64,000 nucleotides of DNA. It comes from the human T2T-CHM13v2.0 reference genome, Homo sapiens. Positions 28,625 through 42,532 of the stretch are shown here, one piece after another. How positions within the stretch are numbered: the first letter of the stretch is position 1; each line of letters begins with the position of its first letter. The translations under genes were made by a program, and so were the position numbers. The stretch is from the NCBI RefSeq assembly GCF_009914755.1, contig NC_060937.1; one strand, written 5' to 3'. The notes under the pieces are model-generated. The model made no database searches and was not told the origin of the DNA. It saw only the letters and a program-made list of their open reading frames with translations.

Positions 28625-29299
28625 TATCCGTAGAACAAGTCTTTAAAATGAATATTCAAAGAGAAGAATCTTTTTATACTTGAAAGGAGCTAAGACAATT
28701 TAACCTTCAGGATTTTCAGGAAGGCAAACATTTTTTTCTGCAAGATATACAGGAAATGTAAATTTCTAAAGAAACTTATCTGAGAGTTGTGAAAATTGAG
28801 TCTCAATCAATTACTTTCTTCACACACATCTTCTGAAAGCCTTCTATTCATTATTGCACTGTGTTATGGCTTTGTGTTAACTCCAAAGCTTAAGAAAATA
28901 AGTAGTATAGATATGCATTTTCCACATTTAACATATGATCATAGTTTTTTCACTAGTTACTAGTTAGTTAATAAAAATTAATATTTTTTGTCAGAGTACT
29001 GTAACAGCGAATTTGTTACTTGTCAGGGACATGACTTAATACACTGAGAAACTGGAGGAAAAGTGCTGAAAGTAGACACAGGAACGTTTAGTCATTCACA
29101 AGCTAAAGACAAAAGCGACTCTTGTAGTTATGAAATGAAGAGTACCTTCTCATACGCCCTATAACTTGGTATTCAGTGTATCAGAAATTATGTTTCTTAT
29201 TAAATGGTGCTTCTGGCCCTGAAAATTCTCTTTCAGATGCACTTAGAATAAAATTGTTGATTTAAATATTTGTTTATAACTACTGTTTGTAATTAAAAC

Positions 29300-30170
<871 letters not shown>

Positions 30171-32879
30171 CTAAATCATGGTTTTTGAGTGTCTAGAAGA
30201 AAAGCTAGTATTAAAATAAAAATTTAAAGAACTTTAACTGGTCATCTTTTTTTTATTCATCAGTTATAATTCTATTGGTTGCAAAAATAGAAGTTGTTAT
30301 TATGAAGTTAACTTCCTTAGCTATTCATGTGTCAAACTGCTAACTAAAAGCTCTTCGGAATATTTCTGTCTTCTGCTTTTACTCTAAAACCCACTCTCAT
30401 ATGTGTAGTTAGACCCATGTACAAACAGAAAGCACATCATTGATACAGGTTTATACCATATTATGTCCAAAGTTTGACACATTTAAGAATTATTAATTTC
30501 TATTTTAAATTGACTATATGTTGAAGGAAAGATGAGCATTAACTCAAGGAAAAAAGTGCTGACACCTTCCGAAAAGTAAAATCTAGTTTCTCTAATTCTC
30601 TCATCTAAAATATGAACATTTCTTCCTCTCTTTTGCAGGTTGTAATACAACTGAATAACACAAATCAGTAAATTAAACGTATTGATTTATAAAAGTTGAG
30701 TAGGCTGAATTAATATTAAAGCATAAGCAAATTTTTATTCTCATTATCAGTGTTATCACCTTAAGAGCATGTGTAGAAAAAGAACTAGATTGGATCTGGT
30801 AGATGATATGGTTACTACAAAGTTCTGAAAAAGTTGACTTCTATGGGAATGTATACATGCACTAAAATATTCAATAATTCCTTTTATAGAAATGAAACTT
30901 GTTAATAGCAAGTGATTGTATTTCTCTGGCATACAATTATAGCCACACTCTCTAACTTCATTACACATAGGGAAATTGCCCCGCAGCTGCAGTGCACAGT
31001 ATGTAAACAGGGAATAACCGGCTGTCTTTGAATGTAAATTTGCAGCTAGTGAATATTTTGACTGATTGGCATTTTCAACATGGTGTAAATATATTTTTAA
31101 ATGACCATATTATATATTTTAAATCTAAAAATGTATGATCATTTTTCCCATAATGGAAAAGGAAAATTACTGTGTGATTGTACTAGAGAGAAGTCAAAAT
31201 TAAACAAGTTATTATTCTGGAAACTTTTTGTTGCTGTAAAAAACAATTCTATATTATCTTAAAAAATTTCAATATCTGGCTGTCTCAAAATTACTTTTTA
31301 AAAGTTTATTTTGTTAATAGTGATCCCAGAGCTTAAGTATCTTCTTAATTTATAGTCAGTAAACTGAGAATTTGATAATTTGAATAGTCATCTAACGTGA
31401 CACAATCAATGAAATAATTCAAATTCTGGCCCTGATTATTCAGTTTCTATTCAGGAATTCTTTCAATCACACATGGTATTGTGAGTGAAATTAAAATCTT
31501 TCAGTGAATATGGTAAAATCATATATATGAGCATTTTAAGTCAGTCAAATTAAAGAGGAAAGACAACATAAGAAAGCAATGAAAAGAATTAAATATAAGA
31601 AATAAATAGGAAATCTAATAAATGAAAGAATGTAAGATAGTGAAAAAGTCAAACAATAGCTTATAATACTAAAAGAATTGCACTTTTGGAAAACTAGTCC
31701 AATAAAACCTTTGTAGAAATCATCTATGCAAGATATGAGATGTATATCTGTATATATTCACCATGTCCCTAGGCTGCAGTGGATATAGAGCATTATTCCT
31801 TTACAAATTACATGAATTCTGTATCACCGACCATTCACACACGCTACATGTGCACACACACAATCTACAAACAATATAATGTTATGAAGATGTGGAACTA
31901 TAACATTAAAAAACCAATTATAAACTAGAAATCTTATTTAAAGGAATTATTTATGATCTGAAACACCATTAATATTTTATTACATAATGAACTATAATGA
32001 ATTCATGATAAAGTGGAAATATTTCCAGATAAAATAGACAAAGGACAAGAACTGGAATTTACAAAAGAAAAATCATTACTATAGCTTATAAAATAGCTTT
32101 ACGTGAATGATAAAATGTATAATATCAGTGACTTTAAAATTTATAATTTTATTTTGTCTTTATCTTAAAGAATTAAGGGAAACGAGGCAAAAAAATCACA
32201 TTTTACGTGTTTATATTTAAGTTTGCTATTTGTAAATATATCTTTGAGAATTACTATGACACATTTGCAAGGTAATGTAAAGTCAATAGAGTCTGTAGAA
32301 AATTTTGATAAAGTTCAAAAGTTTAATAATTATGTCAAATCGCATTCCAGAAGTTTGTCCCAAGCTACATTTCAACAACAACAAAATAGTCATATATGTT
32401 TTCCCTCACTCTAGACTATTCTGATACTGAAACCTGATTATTTAAAACAAATCCAACCTGGTAGATACAAAATGGCATTTTTTAGGGCCCAAGTGAACAT
32501 TTTCTTCTGTCATGTATGTGCTATCTGTATTAATTCTTTTCTGAATATTCCACACATATGATTGCCCTGGTTTTTTTGTTTGTCTATTTCTTTTGTTTGT
32601 TTTGAATGAGTCCTTCTTAAATATAGTACTTTAACATATTTGCTAACATACTATTATGGTATATATGAATCTTTAAAGTGGAGTTTATAATTATTCAGTG
32701 ATTTGGGGTGATATAGACATATTTTGAGGGCATGTAAATATTCTGAGTCTCAATGACACAAATTGGTGTTAGGCTTACTTTATTTGAATATGTCTGTGCC
32801 TCTTCAGGTTTGGGTGCATGAATTTCTGACTGGCATTCCATTGGTACCATCTTACAATTTAAAAATATTTAAAGAAATA

Positions 32880-33700
32880 AAAGGGATTTTAGGTGAATAC
32901 AATGTAAAATGTTACTCCAATAAATTAGTTGGCCTAAATAAAATGGAAACAAAATTCTAGGAACACAAATTACTTTAGCTTACTCAACAGAGAAAATCTG
33001 AACAGAATTACAAAAAGTAAATATATCGAATCAGTAATCAAAGAGCTCTAAAGTAATAAAAGCTCATGACCAGATGGCTTCACTGGTGAATGCAGCTAAA
33101 CATTTTAAAAATAATTAAAAGCAATCCTCAAACTTTTCCAAAAAATAAATGAGGAATACTAATTTATTTTGTAAGGCATGACTCACTCTGCTACCAAAGC
33201 CAGACAAAGGCATCAGAAGAAAAGAAATGGAAATTACAAGACAATATCCCTTATGACTATAGATGCAAAAATCATCTTCAATATACTAGAAAACAGAATC
33301 CAACAACATATTAAAGGGATTATAAAATATTCAATTACAACATATTAAAGGGATGATCAAATGGGATTTTTCTCAGGAATGTGAGAATAGCTTAACATAT
33401 AAAAATCAATCGATGTTACACACCACATTAACAGAATAAAAGGAACACAAAACAAAACCAATCATGATCATCTCAACTGATGCAGAGAAAATACTTGGCA
33501 AAATTCGACAAAATTCATTATTTAAAAAAATAAACTAGGAATATAAGAAAACCTCCTCATTATAAATAAGTTGACTCTATGAAAAACCAGAAGCAAACAT
33601 CATACCCAAGGTTGAAAGTGTTAAAGCTTTCTTCTTAAAATTTCAAACAAGATGGTAATGCCCAATTCTATCATCTCTATGCATTATTACATGAGAAAAT
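32880..33700 (+). mobile_element. L1M ORF2 fragment
   Basis: ccagatggcttcactggtgaat, ccaaagccagacaaag, gatgcaaaaatc, atgatcatctcaactgatgcaga. Confidence 0.85.
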
Positions 33701-34012
33701 TTAGATTGGGTGGTTTATCAAAAACAGTTCTGGAGTTTTAAAGTCTCAGATCAAGGTGCCAGTGTGGCTGGATTCTGGTAAGGGCCTTCTTCTGTGTTGC
33801 AGACATTCAACTTCTCCTTGGACATTTACTTGGAAGAAACAGGTAAAGAGAGCTTTATGGAATCCCTTCTATAAGAATACTAATCTCATTCATGAAGGTT
33901 CTACCTTCATGACTTGATAACCTCCTAATGTCCCACCTTGGAACGTCATCACATTGGAGTTTAAAATGTAAACATATGAATTTGGAGGGACACAAACATT
34001 TAATCCATTGTA
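33701..34012 (-). mobile_element. MLT1A0-like MaLR LTR, one end missing
   Basis: cagttctggag...gatcaaggtgccag...ctaatctcattcatgaagg...aacatatgaatttggagggacacaaacatt. Confidence 0.8.
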
Positions 34013-35285
34013 CTACTCAATGGATAAAGAATAGTCTCTTCAACAAATAGTGCTGGGACACATGATATCCACATGGAGAAGAATGATGATGGAGGCCTAC
34101 CTCACACCATATTAAAAAACTAACTCTAAATGAATCAAAAACCTATAGTTAAAACTATAAAGTTTTTATAAGAAAACATAGAATAAATCTTTATGACCAT
34201 GAATTTGACAAAGTTTCTTACACACAACGCTAAAAACACAAACAACAAAAGTAAAAAATACATGAATATAATTTTATCATAATTTAAAACTTTTATCCAT
34301 GACATGATATTATCACAAAAGGAAGCCCATATAATGGGAGAAAATGTCTATAAATTATATTTATTATAAGTTTCTAATACCTAGGTTATATGAAAAAAAT
34401 TTACAACTCAAAATTAAAATGACAATCCATTAAAAAAATGGGCAAATGACTTGAATAGACATTTCTCTAAGAAGGATATTGAAATACATAATAAGTACAT
34501 AAAAATGTTCAACATCATTACTGATTGGGTAATGTAAATCAAAATCATCTTTTTATACTCTCAAGTGGCTATACAGTATTACTTTTTAAAGAAGAAGAAA
34601 GAATGAAAAAATAAATAAAAAGATATGGAGAAATCCTGATTGGAACTCTCATGCACTGTTGGTGGGGATGTAAGTTAGTGTAACCATTATGGAAAAGAAT
34701 ATTAAAGAACCTCAATAAATTTTAAAAAAGAAATATCATATGGCCCAGCAATTCTTCTCCTATGTACTTAAAATAATTGAAAACAGGTGCTCAAACAAAA
34801 ATTGTATATGCATGTTTATAGCAGCACTATTACCATAGTCAAGAGGTGAAAAATATCCAAATTACCATCAAATTTTAAAAATGTATATATAGTACAGCCA
34901 TATAATGGAGTATTATTGAGTCATAAAAAATAATAGAATTATGATACATGCTACAACATGGATAAAATATGAAAACATTATGCTACGTTAAAAGAGCTAG
35001 ACACCAAAGGCAAGATATTGTATATATTATATTATATCTAATATAAAGAATAAACAAAGACAGAAAGCAGATTTGTGGTTGTCAGTAACTAGGGCGAAGT
35101 GGAGGTTGATAAGTGATTACTTAACGTTTATATAAGGTTCCCTTCTAGGTTAATGAAAATGTTCTGGAACTAGTTAATGGTGATAGCTGAACAACATTGT
35201 GAGTGTACTAAGTGCTACTGAATTGTATACATTAAAATGGCTAAAATGGTGAATTTTTTGTAATGTGAATTTACCTCAATAGAAA
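34013..35285 (+). mobile_element. L1MB-like LINE-1 ORF2 end plus 3'UTR
   Basis: atagtctcttcaacaaatagtgctggga, gggcaaatgacttgaatagacatttctc, gaaaatgttctggaactag, ends tttacctcaata. Confidence 0.88.
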
Positions 35286-35289
35286 ATGT

Positions 35290-35840
35290 ATACATTTAGA
35301 TACAGTAAAAGTCACTCTTTTTGTATGCAGATTTGTTCTGATAAGGGCCCAAATTCATGTAACCTCAAACACAATGAAGGTATAGAACTGATACACTTTT
35401 AAAAAAATATGCCCACAAACTGCCTTTTGAAATCAAGCCATCTACACACTCTTATCCCCTGTCATCTACTTTTCCGTTAGGCAGCTCTATAGTTTTGCCT
35501 TTTCCAAAATATCACATAAATGACATAATGATGTGTTATATATACAGGTTCTTTATCATAATGTATTTGAGAACAGAGCATTCATGTTGCTCTGTATATC
35601 AATAGTATAGATAAACCAAAGACTAATATAGATAAACCGAAGACTAATATAGATAAACCACTCACTAATTGAAAAAATATTTGGTTTGTTTCAAGGTTAT
35701 GATGATTATAAATAAAGATTCCTATAGAAATATAAGTATTTATATGAAAACAAACATTCATTTATCTGGAGTAATTGCCTAAGAGTGGGATTTCTGGGTC
35801 ATATTGTCAACTTTCACAAACTGTTTTTCAAAAGTGGCTG
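35290..35840 (-). mobile_element. Old L1M (MC/MD-like) 3' fragment, tail-to-tail with the preceding L1
   Basis: tacagtaaaagtcactcttt, ctatagttttgccttttcca, ctaagagtgggatttctgggtcatat, ctgtttttcaaaagtggctgt. Confidence 0.65.
35606..35668. repeat. 21-bp tandem repeat, 3 copies
   Basis: tatagataaaccaaagactaa / tatagataaaccgaagactaa / tatagataaaccactcactaa. Confidence 0.9.
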
Positions 35841-35929
35841 TTATAAGAGTCATCAAGTAATCACATTTTAGATTTAGGAAAATTACTGTGGAAAAAAAGG
35901 ACATTATCTTAAAAAAATCTGACAAATTA

Positions 35930-36105
35930 CCAAGAACACACAGGCCCAGAGATGTTGCCCCAGCTGATTTCAGATAAAGCAGAAAAAAATTGTCCTGCTG
36001 GTTCTTCCCAAATTGCAGGTATATGAACGAAAAAAGTATTGTAGTTCTTATTCCAGGTCACTAAGTTGTGTAGTGGTTTGTTGTGCAGTAATACATAACC
36101 GGAAG
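35930..36105 (+). mobile_element. Old MLT1 (H/I/J-like) LTR 3' fragment
   Basis: cccaaattgcag...cactaagttgtgtagtggtttgttgtgcagtaatacataacc. Confidence 0.55.
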
Positions 36106-36400
36106 AGTAAGATCATTTATTTTTCGTATTTGTCTCCTGTATTTTTATCTTCTACCACAATGATTGTGAAGTTAATTTAGAGAAGTATGAAACATTTTAT
36201 ATGCTAATGCTCAAAATATTTGAAAATTATTATATTTACTATGAATAATGTCAAACTGGTTTAAATGATACTTATAATTTTTCTTAATTGGTCTTATTTT
36301 ATGTCAATGATCATTTATAATCTACTACCACTTACCAACCTCTCAATCTTCAATCTTTTATTTACATGGGTCAAATAGCAATTAAAAATAGTATAGCAAC

Positions 36401-36729
36401 ACTATTAGTCCATTTTCACACTGCTGATAAAGACATACCCAAGACTGGGAAGAAAAAAAGGTTTAATTGGACTTACAATTCCACATGGCTGGGGAGGCAT
36501 CAGAATCATGGTGGAAGGTGAAAGGCATTTCTTACATGGCAGTGGCAAGAGAAAAATGAGGAAGATGCAAAACCAGAGAGCCCTGATAAAACCACCAGAT
36601 CTTGTGAGAGTTATTCACAACCATAAAATTCAAATTACCTCCCACCGGATCCCTCCCACAATGCGTGGGAATTATGGGAGTACAATTCAAGATGAGATTT
36701 GGGTGGGGACACAGAGCTAAACCATATCA
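36401..36729 (-). mobile_element. THE1C-like LTR (3' LTR of the composite element)
   Basis: tattagtccattttcacactgctgataaagacatacccaagactgggaagaaaa...aaaccatatca. Preceded by TSD GCAAC at 36396-36400. Confidence 0.93.
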
Positions 36730-36815
36730 TTCCACCCCTGACCCCTCCAAATCTCATGTCCTCACATTTCAAAACCAATCATGCCTTCCCAACAGTCCCC
36801 CAAAGTCTTAACTCA
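36730..36815 (-). mobile_element. THE1-int 3' end with polypurine tract
   Basis: ttccacccctgacccctccaaatctcatgtcctcac...cccaaagtcttaactca. Homologous to the THE1D internal end at about 22710-22810. Confidence 0.9.
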
Positions 36816-36985
36816 CACAATCACAAGGTCCGTCAATAGGCCATCTGCAGGCTGAGGAGCAAGGAGAGACACTCTGAGTTCCAAAACTGTAGAACTTGGA
36901 GTCGGATGTTCTAGGGCAAGAAGCATGGGAGAAAGATGTAAGCTGGGAGGCAAGGCCAGTCTCTCTTTTTACATTTTTCTGCCTG
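36808..36985 (-). mobile_element. Internal fragment of an MLT2A (HERV-L) LTR
   Basis: aactcacacaatcacaaggtcc..aataggccatctgcaggctgaggagcaaggagag..gagttccaaaactg..gaacttggagtc..ggccagtctctc matches the recalled MLT2A1/2 consensus. Both LTR termini are absent. Confidence 0.85.
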
Positions 36986-37562
36986 GATTGGGCTGTTATA
37001 GTTTCCCATTGATCTCAATCACAGAGTATGGTAATACTAAGAGACGCCCTGATGGATTTCCTGTATTCCATGCATACTCTTTCTTACCTCTGTTGTGGAG
37101 TGGTAGACTGATTTCATCTTGATAGTCCGAGTCACTCACCCCAGCTAACACCGTAACTGCCTTCTTAGCTTGTTGACTTAAAGGTAGGTGGAGCGCAAAG
37201 TGTCCAGGTGGCAGTTTTAACTTCCAGTTTAATGGAATAATTGTTGTGTCCCCTGGTGGCAGTGTTCCTCCATCTGGAACTAAGACCTCTAGGCCGGCAA
37301 AATGCAATGTCATGGGAACAGGAAGCAAAAATTTTGCTAGTGGATCACTAGGGGGGCTGTTGAGTGGTGCCACTTCCACTCCACCCCTTGATTCCTGGAC
37401 CCATGAATCGTGGCTATAGGAGAAACAGTACCATATAATGGATGGTGATTCAGAGCATACACAGCCTTCTGGAGAACTTTGTCCCAGCCCTGCAAACTGT
37501 TGTCACATAGTTGCCATTGTAATTGTGACTTCAAAAGGCTATTCCACCATTCTGTCAATCCA

Positions 37563-37569
<7 letters not shown>
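36979..37569 (-). pseudogene. HERV-L pol fragment: integrase C-terminal part plus dUTPase, frameshifted
   Basis: ORF 37337-37558 (EWWNSLLKSQL...WDKVLQKAVYALN...GTVSP) resembles ERV-L integrase. ORF 36996-37379 (GGTLPPGDTTIIPLNWKLKLPPGHF...VLAGVSDSDYQDEI) carries dUTPase motif 3. ERV-L encodes dUTPase downstream of integrase. Confidence 0.9.
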
Positions 37570-38252
<683 letters not shown>

Positions 38253-38263
38253 CACCAATTTAC

Positions 38264-38621
38264 TGTATTAGTCCGTTTTGACGCTACTGATAAAGACATA
38301 CCCAAGACTGGGAAGGAAAAGAGGTTTAATTGCACTTACAATATCACATGGCTGGGGAAGCCTCAGAATCATGGCAGGAGGCAAAAGGCACTTCTTACAT
38401 GGCAGCAGCAAGAGAAAAATGAGGAAGATGCAAAAACTGAAACTGCTGATAAAACCATCACATCTCATGAGACTTATGCACTACCATGAGAACAGTATGA
38501 GGGAAACCACCCCCGTAATTCAGATTATCTCCCACTGGGTCCCTCCCACAACACGTGGAAATTTTGGGTGTACAGTTCAAGATGAGATTTGGGTGGGGAA
38601 ACACAGCACCAAACCATATCA
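38264..38621 (-). mobile_element. THE1C-like LTR (5' LTR of the composite element)
   Basis: tgtattagtccg...aaaccatatca, followed by TSD GCAAC at 38622-38626. Confidence 0.93.
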
Positions 38622-39090
38622 GCAACATAGAAAGGATCAGGGGTTGGAGGATTTTCTAGAACAATGGTTCTTAGAAGAGTCAGTGTGAACATGAAGTGGA
38701 ATAATTGCAAATAAGAAAAAAATAAACAAAAACATGTATTCTCTCAGGTGACTCTTTCTGCTCATGAGCTTCAGATGGTTTCCCAGATGGGAGGAACTGA
38801 AAATATCTCATACCAGTCAAATGGTGTAGAATTTCCTGAATATTTTCTTGGATATTTATAAAACTCTAGTGCTGTTAGTAAAGTCTACACTGGAAAACAG
38901 ATTGATAGCGAAATATCACTGAGGAATAAGAAGAATGATATATATTTATTCCAAATGAGGTGAATTTGTTGGGTACATTGAAATTTTTAAAATCTATAAG
39001 CAGATGATCCTCTATTAATATATGATTCAGACTTTTATGTAGTACCTATTATACAATCTTAAATCAACTTAGTAGTAATACACCTAACTT

Positions 39091-39393
39091 TATTTTATTT
39101 ATTTTTATTTTTTGAGATGCAGTCTCGCTCTTCTGCCAGGCTACCGTGCAGTGGCTTGATCTCGGTTCATTGCAATCTCTGCTTCCTGGGTTTCAGCGAT
39201 TCTCCTGCCTCAGCCTCTTGAGTAGCTGGGACTACAGGCACACTCCACCACGCCCAGCTAATTTTTGTATTTTTCAGTAGAGATGGGGTTTCACCACGTT
39301 GGCCAGGATGGTCTTGATCTCTTGACCTTGTGATCCTCCTGCCTTAGCCTCCCAAAGTGCTGGGGTTATAGGTGTGAGCCACCGCATCAGGCC
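39091..39393 (-). mobile_element. AluSc-like
   Basis: Dimer with ggccaggatggtcttgatctcttgacc. aactttat occurs on both flanks. Confidence 0.92.
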
Positions 39394-39744
39394 CAACTTT
39401 ATATTATATATTAAATGACATCTGAGATTTGAGTGTTGTATGAAGTTGCAGAAAAAACAGCAAACAGAAAATATAAAATATTTTATTTGAATAATAGTGA
39501 TATTTTTCAAAGATTTTTGTGTAAAAGTTAATGTTTTTCATCCCCATTATACAGAAAGGAAATTGAGACTCAGAGATAAAATTATTTGAATGCTATAATT
39601 TTTAAAAAATTTATTTTGCTTTATTGCTGTTTTTGTTTTTCTTCTCTTTTGTAGGGAATGTCATATTCACTGTTTGGTCTTTTTTTTTTTTTAATGCTGG
39701 ATAGCTAAGCTTTTAGGCTAGAGTACATTTAATCTTTGATTGAC

Positions 39745-40170
39745 TGAAGTGGAATAAGCCAAGCATAAAGAGACAAACACCATATGATCTCACTCATATA
39801 TGGATTCTAATACAGTTGAACTTGCAGAAGTAAAGAATAGAATGGTGGCTATGAAAGGCTTTGAGTGGGGTGGGTAAAGTGGATGAAAAAAAGAAAGATG
39901 TTGCCCAATGGGAACAAAATTACAGTTATAGAAGAATAAGTTCTGGTGTTCTCTTGTGCATCAAAGTGACTATAGTTAATAATAATCTTTTGAATATTTC
40001 AAAATAGCTAAAGGAAAATTTTAAATGTTCTCATAGAAAAGAAATGGAAACTATTTGATGTGATGGATATGCTAATTACCCTGTTTGACCATTCTACAAT
40101 GTATACATGTATCAAAACACCTATTCCATACATATATATAAATATTTATTATTTGTCAACTAAAATAAAA
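39745..40170 (+). mobile_element. L1MA (MA5/6-like) 3' end
   Basis: gaataagccaagca, atgatctcactcatatatgg, gtgactatagttaataata, gtgatggatatgctaattaccctg. Confidence 0.85.
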
Positions 40171-40489
40171 CTTTAAAATGCACTAAATGCTTTCTCCTAT
40201 TGAATAATAAACAAACAATGAAAACTTTTTAATGAATGAGAAATGTGAGAATTTTCATTTTGGTATTTTATATTTTGATTTTGGCATCCACTAAATAAGC
40301 TGTTTTATTTTCTTCTGTTTAGGCACTTTAAATTTATCTCTAAACATTTTAAGATGATTATATAAATAACCACTCTTTCAACTTCTCAAATATTTAATAG
40401 TTTACAGACTTATCGTATACATTCTAAATGTTAAGGGACATTTTCACATACTACAATACCTACGTACTTGTTTATATGAATTAGGGATA

Positions 40490-40860
40490 GGGAGTGTTAT
40501 AATAGTAGCGGATTTAAGTTATAAACACAAGCCCCCACATCTAGATTCTGCTTTTCATATTACTATTTCTTAGAGATGGGTTCTTGATATTTTGCCCAGG
40601 CTGTTCTTGAATTTCTGAGCTCAAGCGATCCTACCACCTCAGCCTCACAAATAGCTGAGATTACAGGTTGGCGCCACTAGGCCTGGGTAGAGTATACTTT
40701 CTATCTGTATCTTTGGGGAAGTTATTTAACATTTTAGAGCTTCATTTTTTCACTTGGAATTGGCAAAAATATACAGTGACTGCCTCAAACAGGCTATAAG
40801 GATTAATTGAGAGAGGTTGTTCACTTTTTTAAAGCAAGCTTGCATAATGCCAAATGCCAA
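40490..40860 (+). mobile_element. MIR, interrupted by a FLAM
   Basis: ctttggggaagttatttaac...gcttcatttttt...ctgcctca...aggattaattgaga. Confidence 0.5.
40566..40687 (-). mobile_element. FLAM Alu monomer
   Basis: tagagatggg...ttgcccaggctg...gctcaagcgatcct...tagctgagattacagg. Confidence 0.8.
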
Positions 40861-40879
40861 CACTTACTATTACTTGATA

Positions 40880-41030
40880 GAATCTTCAAATCTCATGAAG
40901 TCAGTTATTTTTTTATCTTCCTTTGAAGATAAGGAAATGAAACAGAGAGAGGTTAAGTAAATTGCTCAAGATTATACAAATAACAGAATGCAAAACCACG
41001 ATTTGAATTCAGGTAGTCATATTTACAGTT
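40880..41030 (-). mobile_element. MIR
   Basis: agataaggaaatgaaacagagagaggttaagtaaattgctcaagatt...atttgaattcagg. Confidence 0.7.
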
Positions 41031-42532
41031 CAAATACTAAGTAATTATTATTGCCTTGATAACTATATCCATTATTATTATTACTATGATTCTCTAAATG
41101 ATTGTGGAAGAATGTAATTATCAGCACCAAGGAAATGGTGCACTAACTTCAGAGATTATGTGAGAAAGAAATGATGTAGGAATGAAATAGAATTATGTCT
41201 ATTCTTCAACTAAAAATTGAACGAAAACATGCTGCAAAGCTGTGTCATATCATCTTATTAACATCATTCAAATTCCATCTCCATGTTTCTCTTTTAGGCT
41301 ATCGATACTCTCATTTAAAAATGCATATGATAATAAAACAGATAATACCCACAAAGAAAACTCTAAACATGGTATTATTATGTAGCTTTACACTTATATA
41401 TGACGATTTCCCTCTGTGCCAAATGGAACTAGGTCAAGTTTGGACATGTGATACACCTTAACATCAGAAATAAAGATGATCAACTACTGAAATCAGGTCA
41501 GTATGCATTGCTAAGCAAGACTGACAGAAGATAAAAGAGTTGTAAAGATCAAGAGATTACAGATTCAAATTTGGCTCTTCTATGAAAATGCATGCATATA
41601 TCACACCATAACTTATCTGCATTTTAGACATCATTTTCACTTCGTAAGTCTTATTGGCAACATTTTGATTTTAATATTATTAATTGAGGAAATCTCAGAT
41701 ATTCAGCTTTATGTGTTAAATAAGATTAAATAATACATAGAAAATGCATTGCTTCTATGCTAACTAGCAACAAGTGACTTACCGTTGAACCAATAAGGCA
41801 ATGATTTATTAAAAGAGGAAGATAAACTTTTATTTGTAAAGAAAATATGGCTTGTTATATTTATGATAAGTGAAGAACAGATTTTATTATACGAAGCTTT
41901 TGTATGTTGTGTTCAAGCCACCAAACACTGTTCTAAAGAAACCAATTTTATTCAGATGTTGTAAGTGTTAATCCTTATCCTGGCCTAATACTTTAAAGCA
42001 GGAAAAGCTAATCTGGATTTATTTCATCTGAATAACGTCCTATATTAAAACATGATGTAATCTCTTATTCTCTCTACATGAAAACCCTATGTCCTTCTCC
42101 CTTTACTCTCAGCTCTCTTCCCTCCTTCCTGTAAATTTCATTAACTGTAGCCAAGTAACCAGAAAATCAGTGAAAGAGGTTAAATAGCTAACACCATAGC
42201 AAATGAAATGATAGTGATATCATCACAACATTCCAAAGAAATGGCCCTCCATTGAATTTTAGCCCTATTTCGGATTTTATTTAAGTAACTACTGATGCAT
42301 AGCACAGTAGATACTCTCTTCTAAATATGACAAATAAAATTTAAAAACAAGAAGCTGTTTTGGATAATATCAAGCAACGCCATGTGTTTCTTAGAAATTG
42401 TTTTGCAAAATTTCTGAGCTTTACATTTTCAGAGTTTAGCTATTTAGCCATCAGGGGAAAAATGAACTTTTAAGAAATTTTTATTTTCTATTATTAATTT
42501 TGTTTAAATTGAATAGGACCATAATAATATAT

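Noticed and set aside
30619-30640. Good-looking splice acceptor (tttcttcctctcttttgcag|g)
   Set aside because: No convincing paired donor or coding frame; cannot be supported without transcript data.
33303-33354. 18-bp duplication acaacatattaaagggat; similar small duplications near 3720, 11730, 26158, 58708 and 59724
   Set aside because: Ordinary slippage-type micro-duplications in AT-rich DNA.
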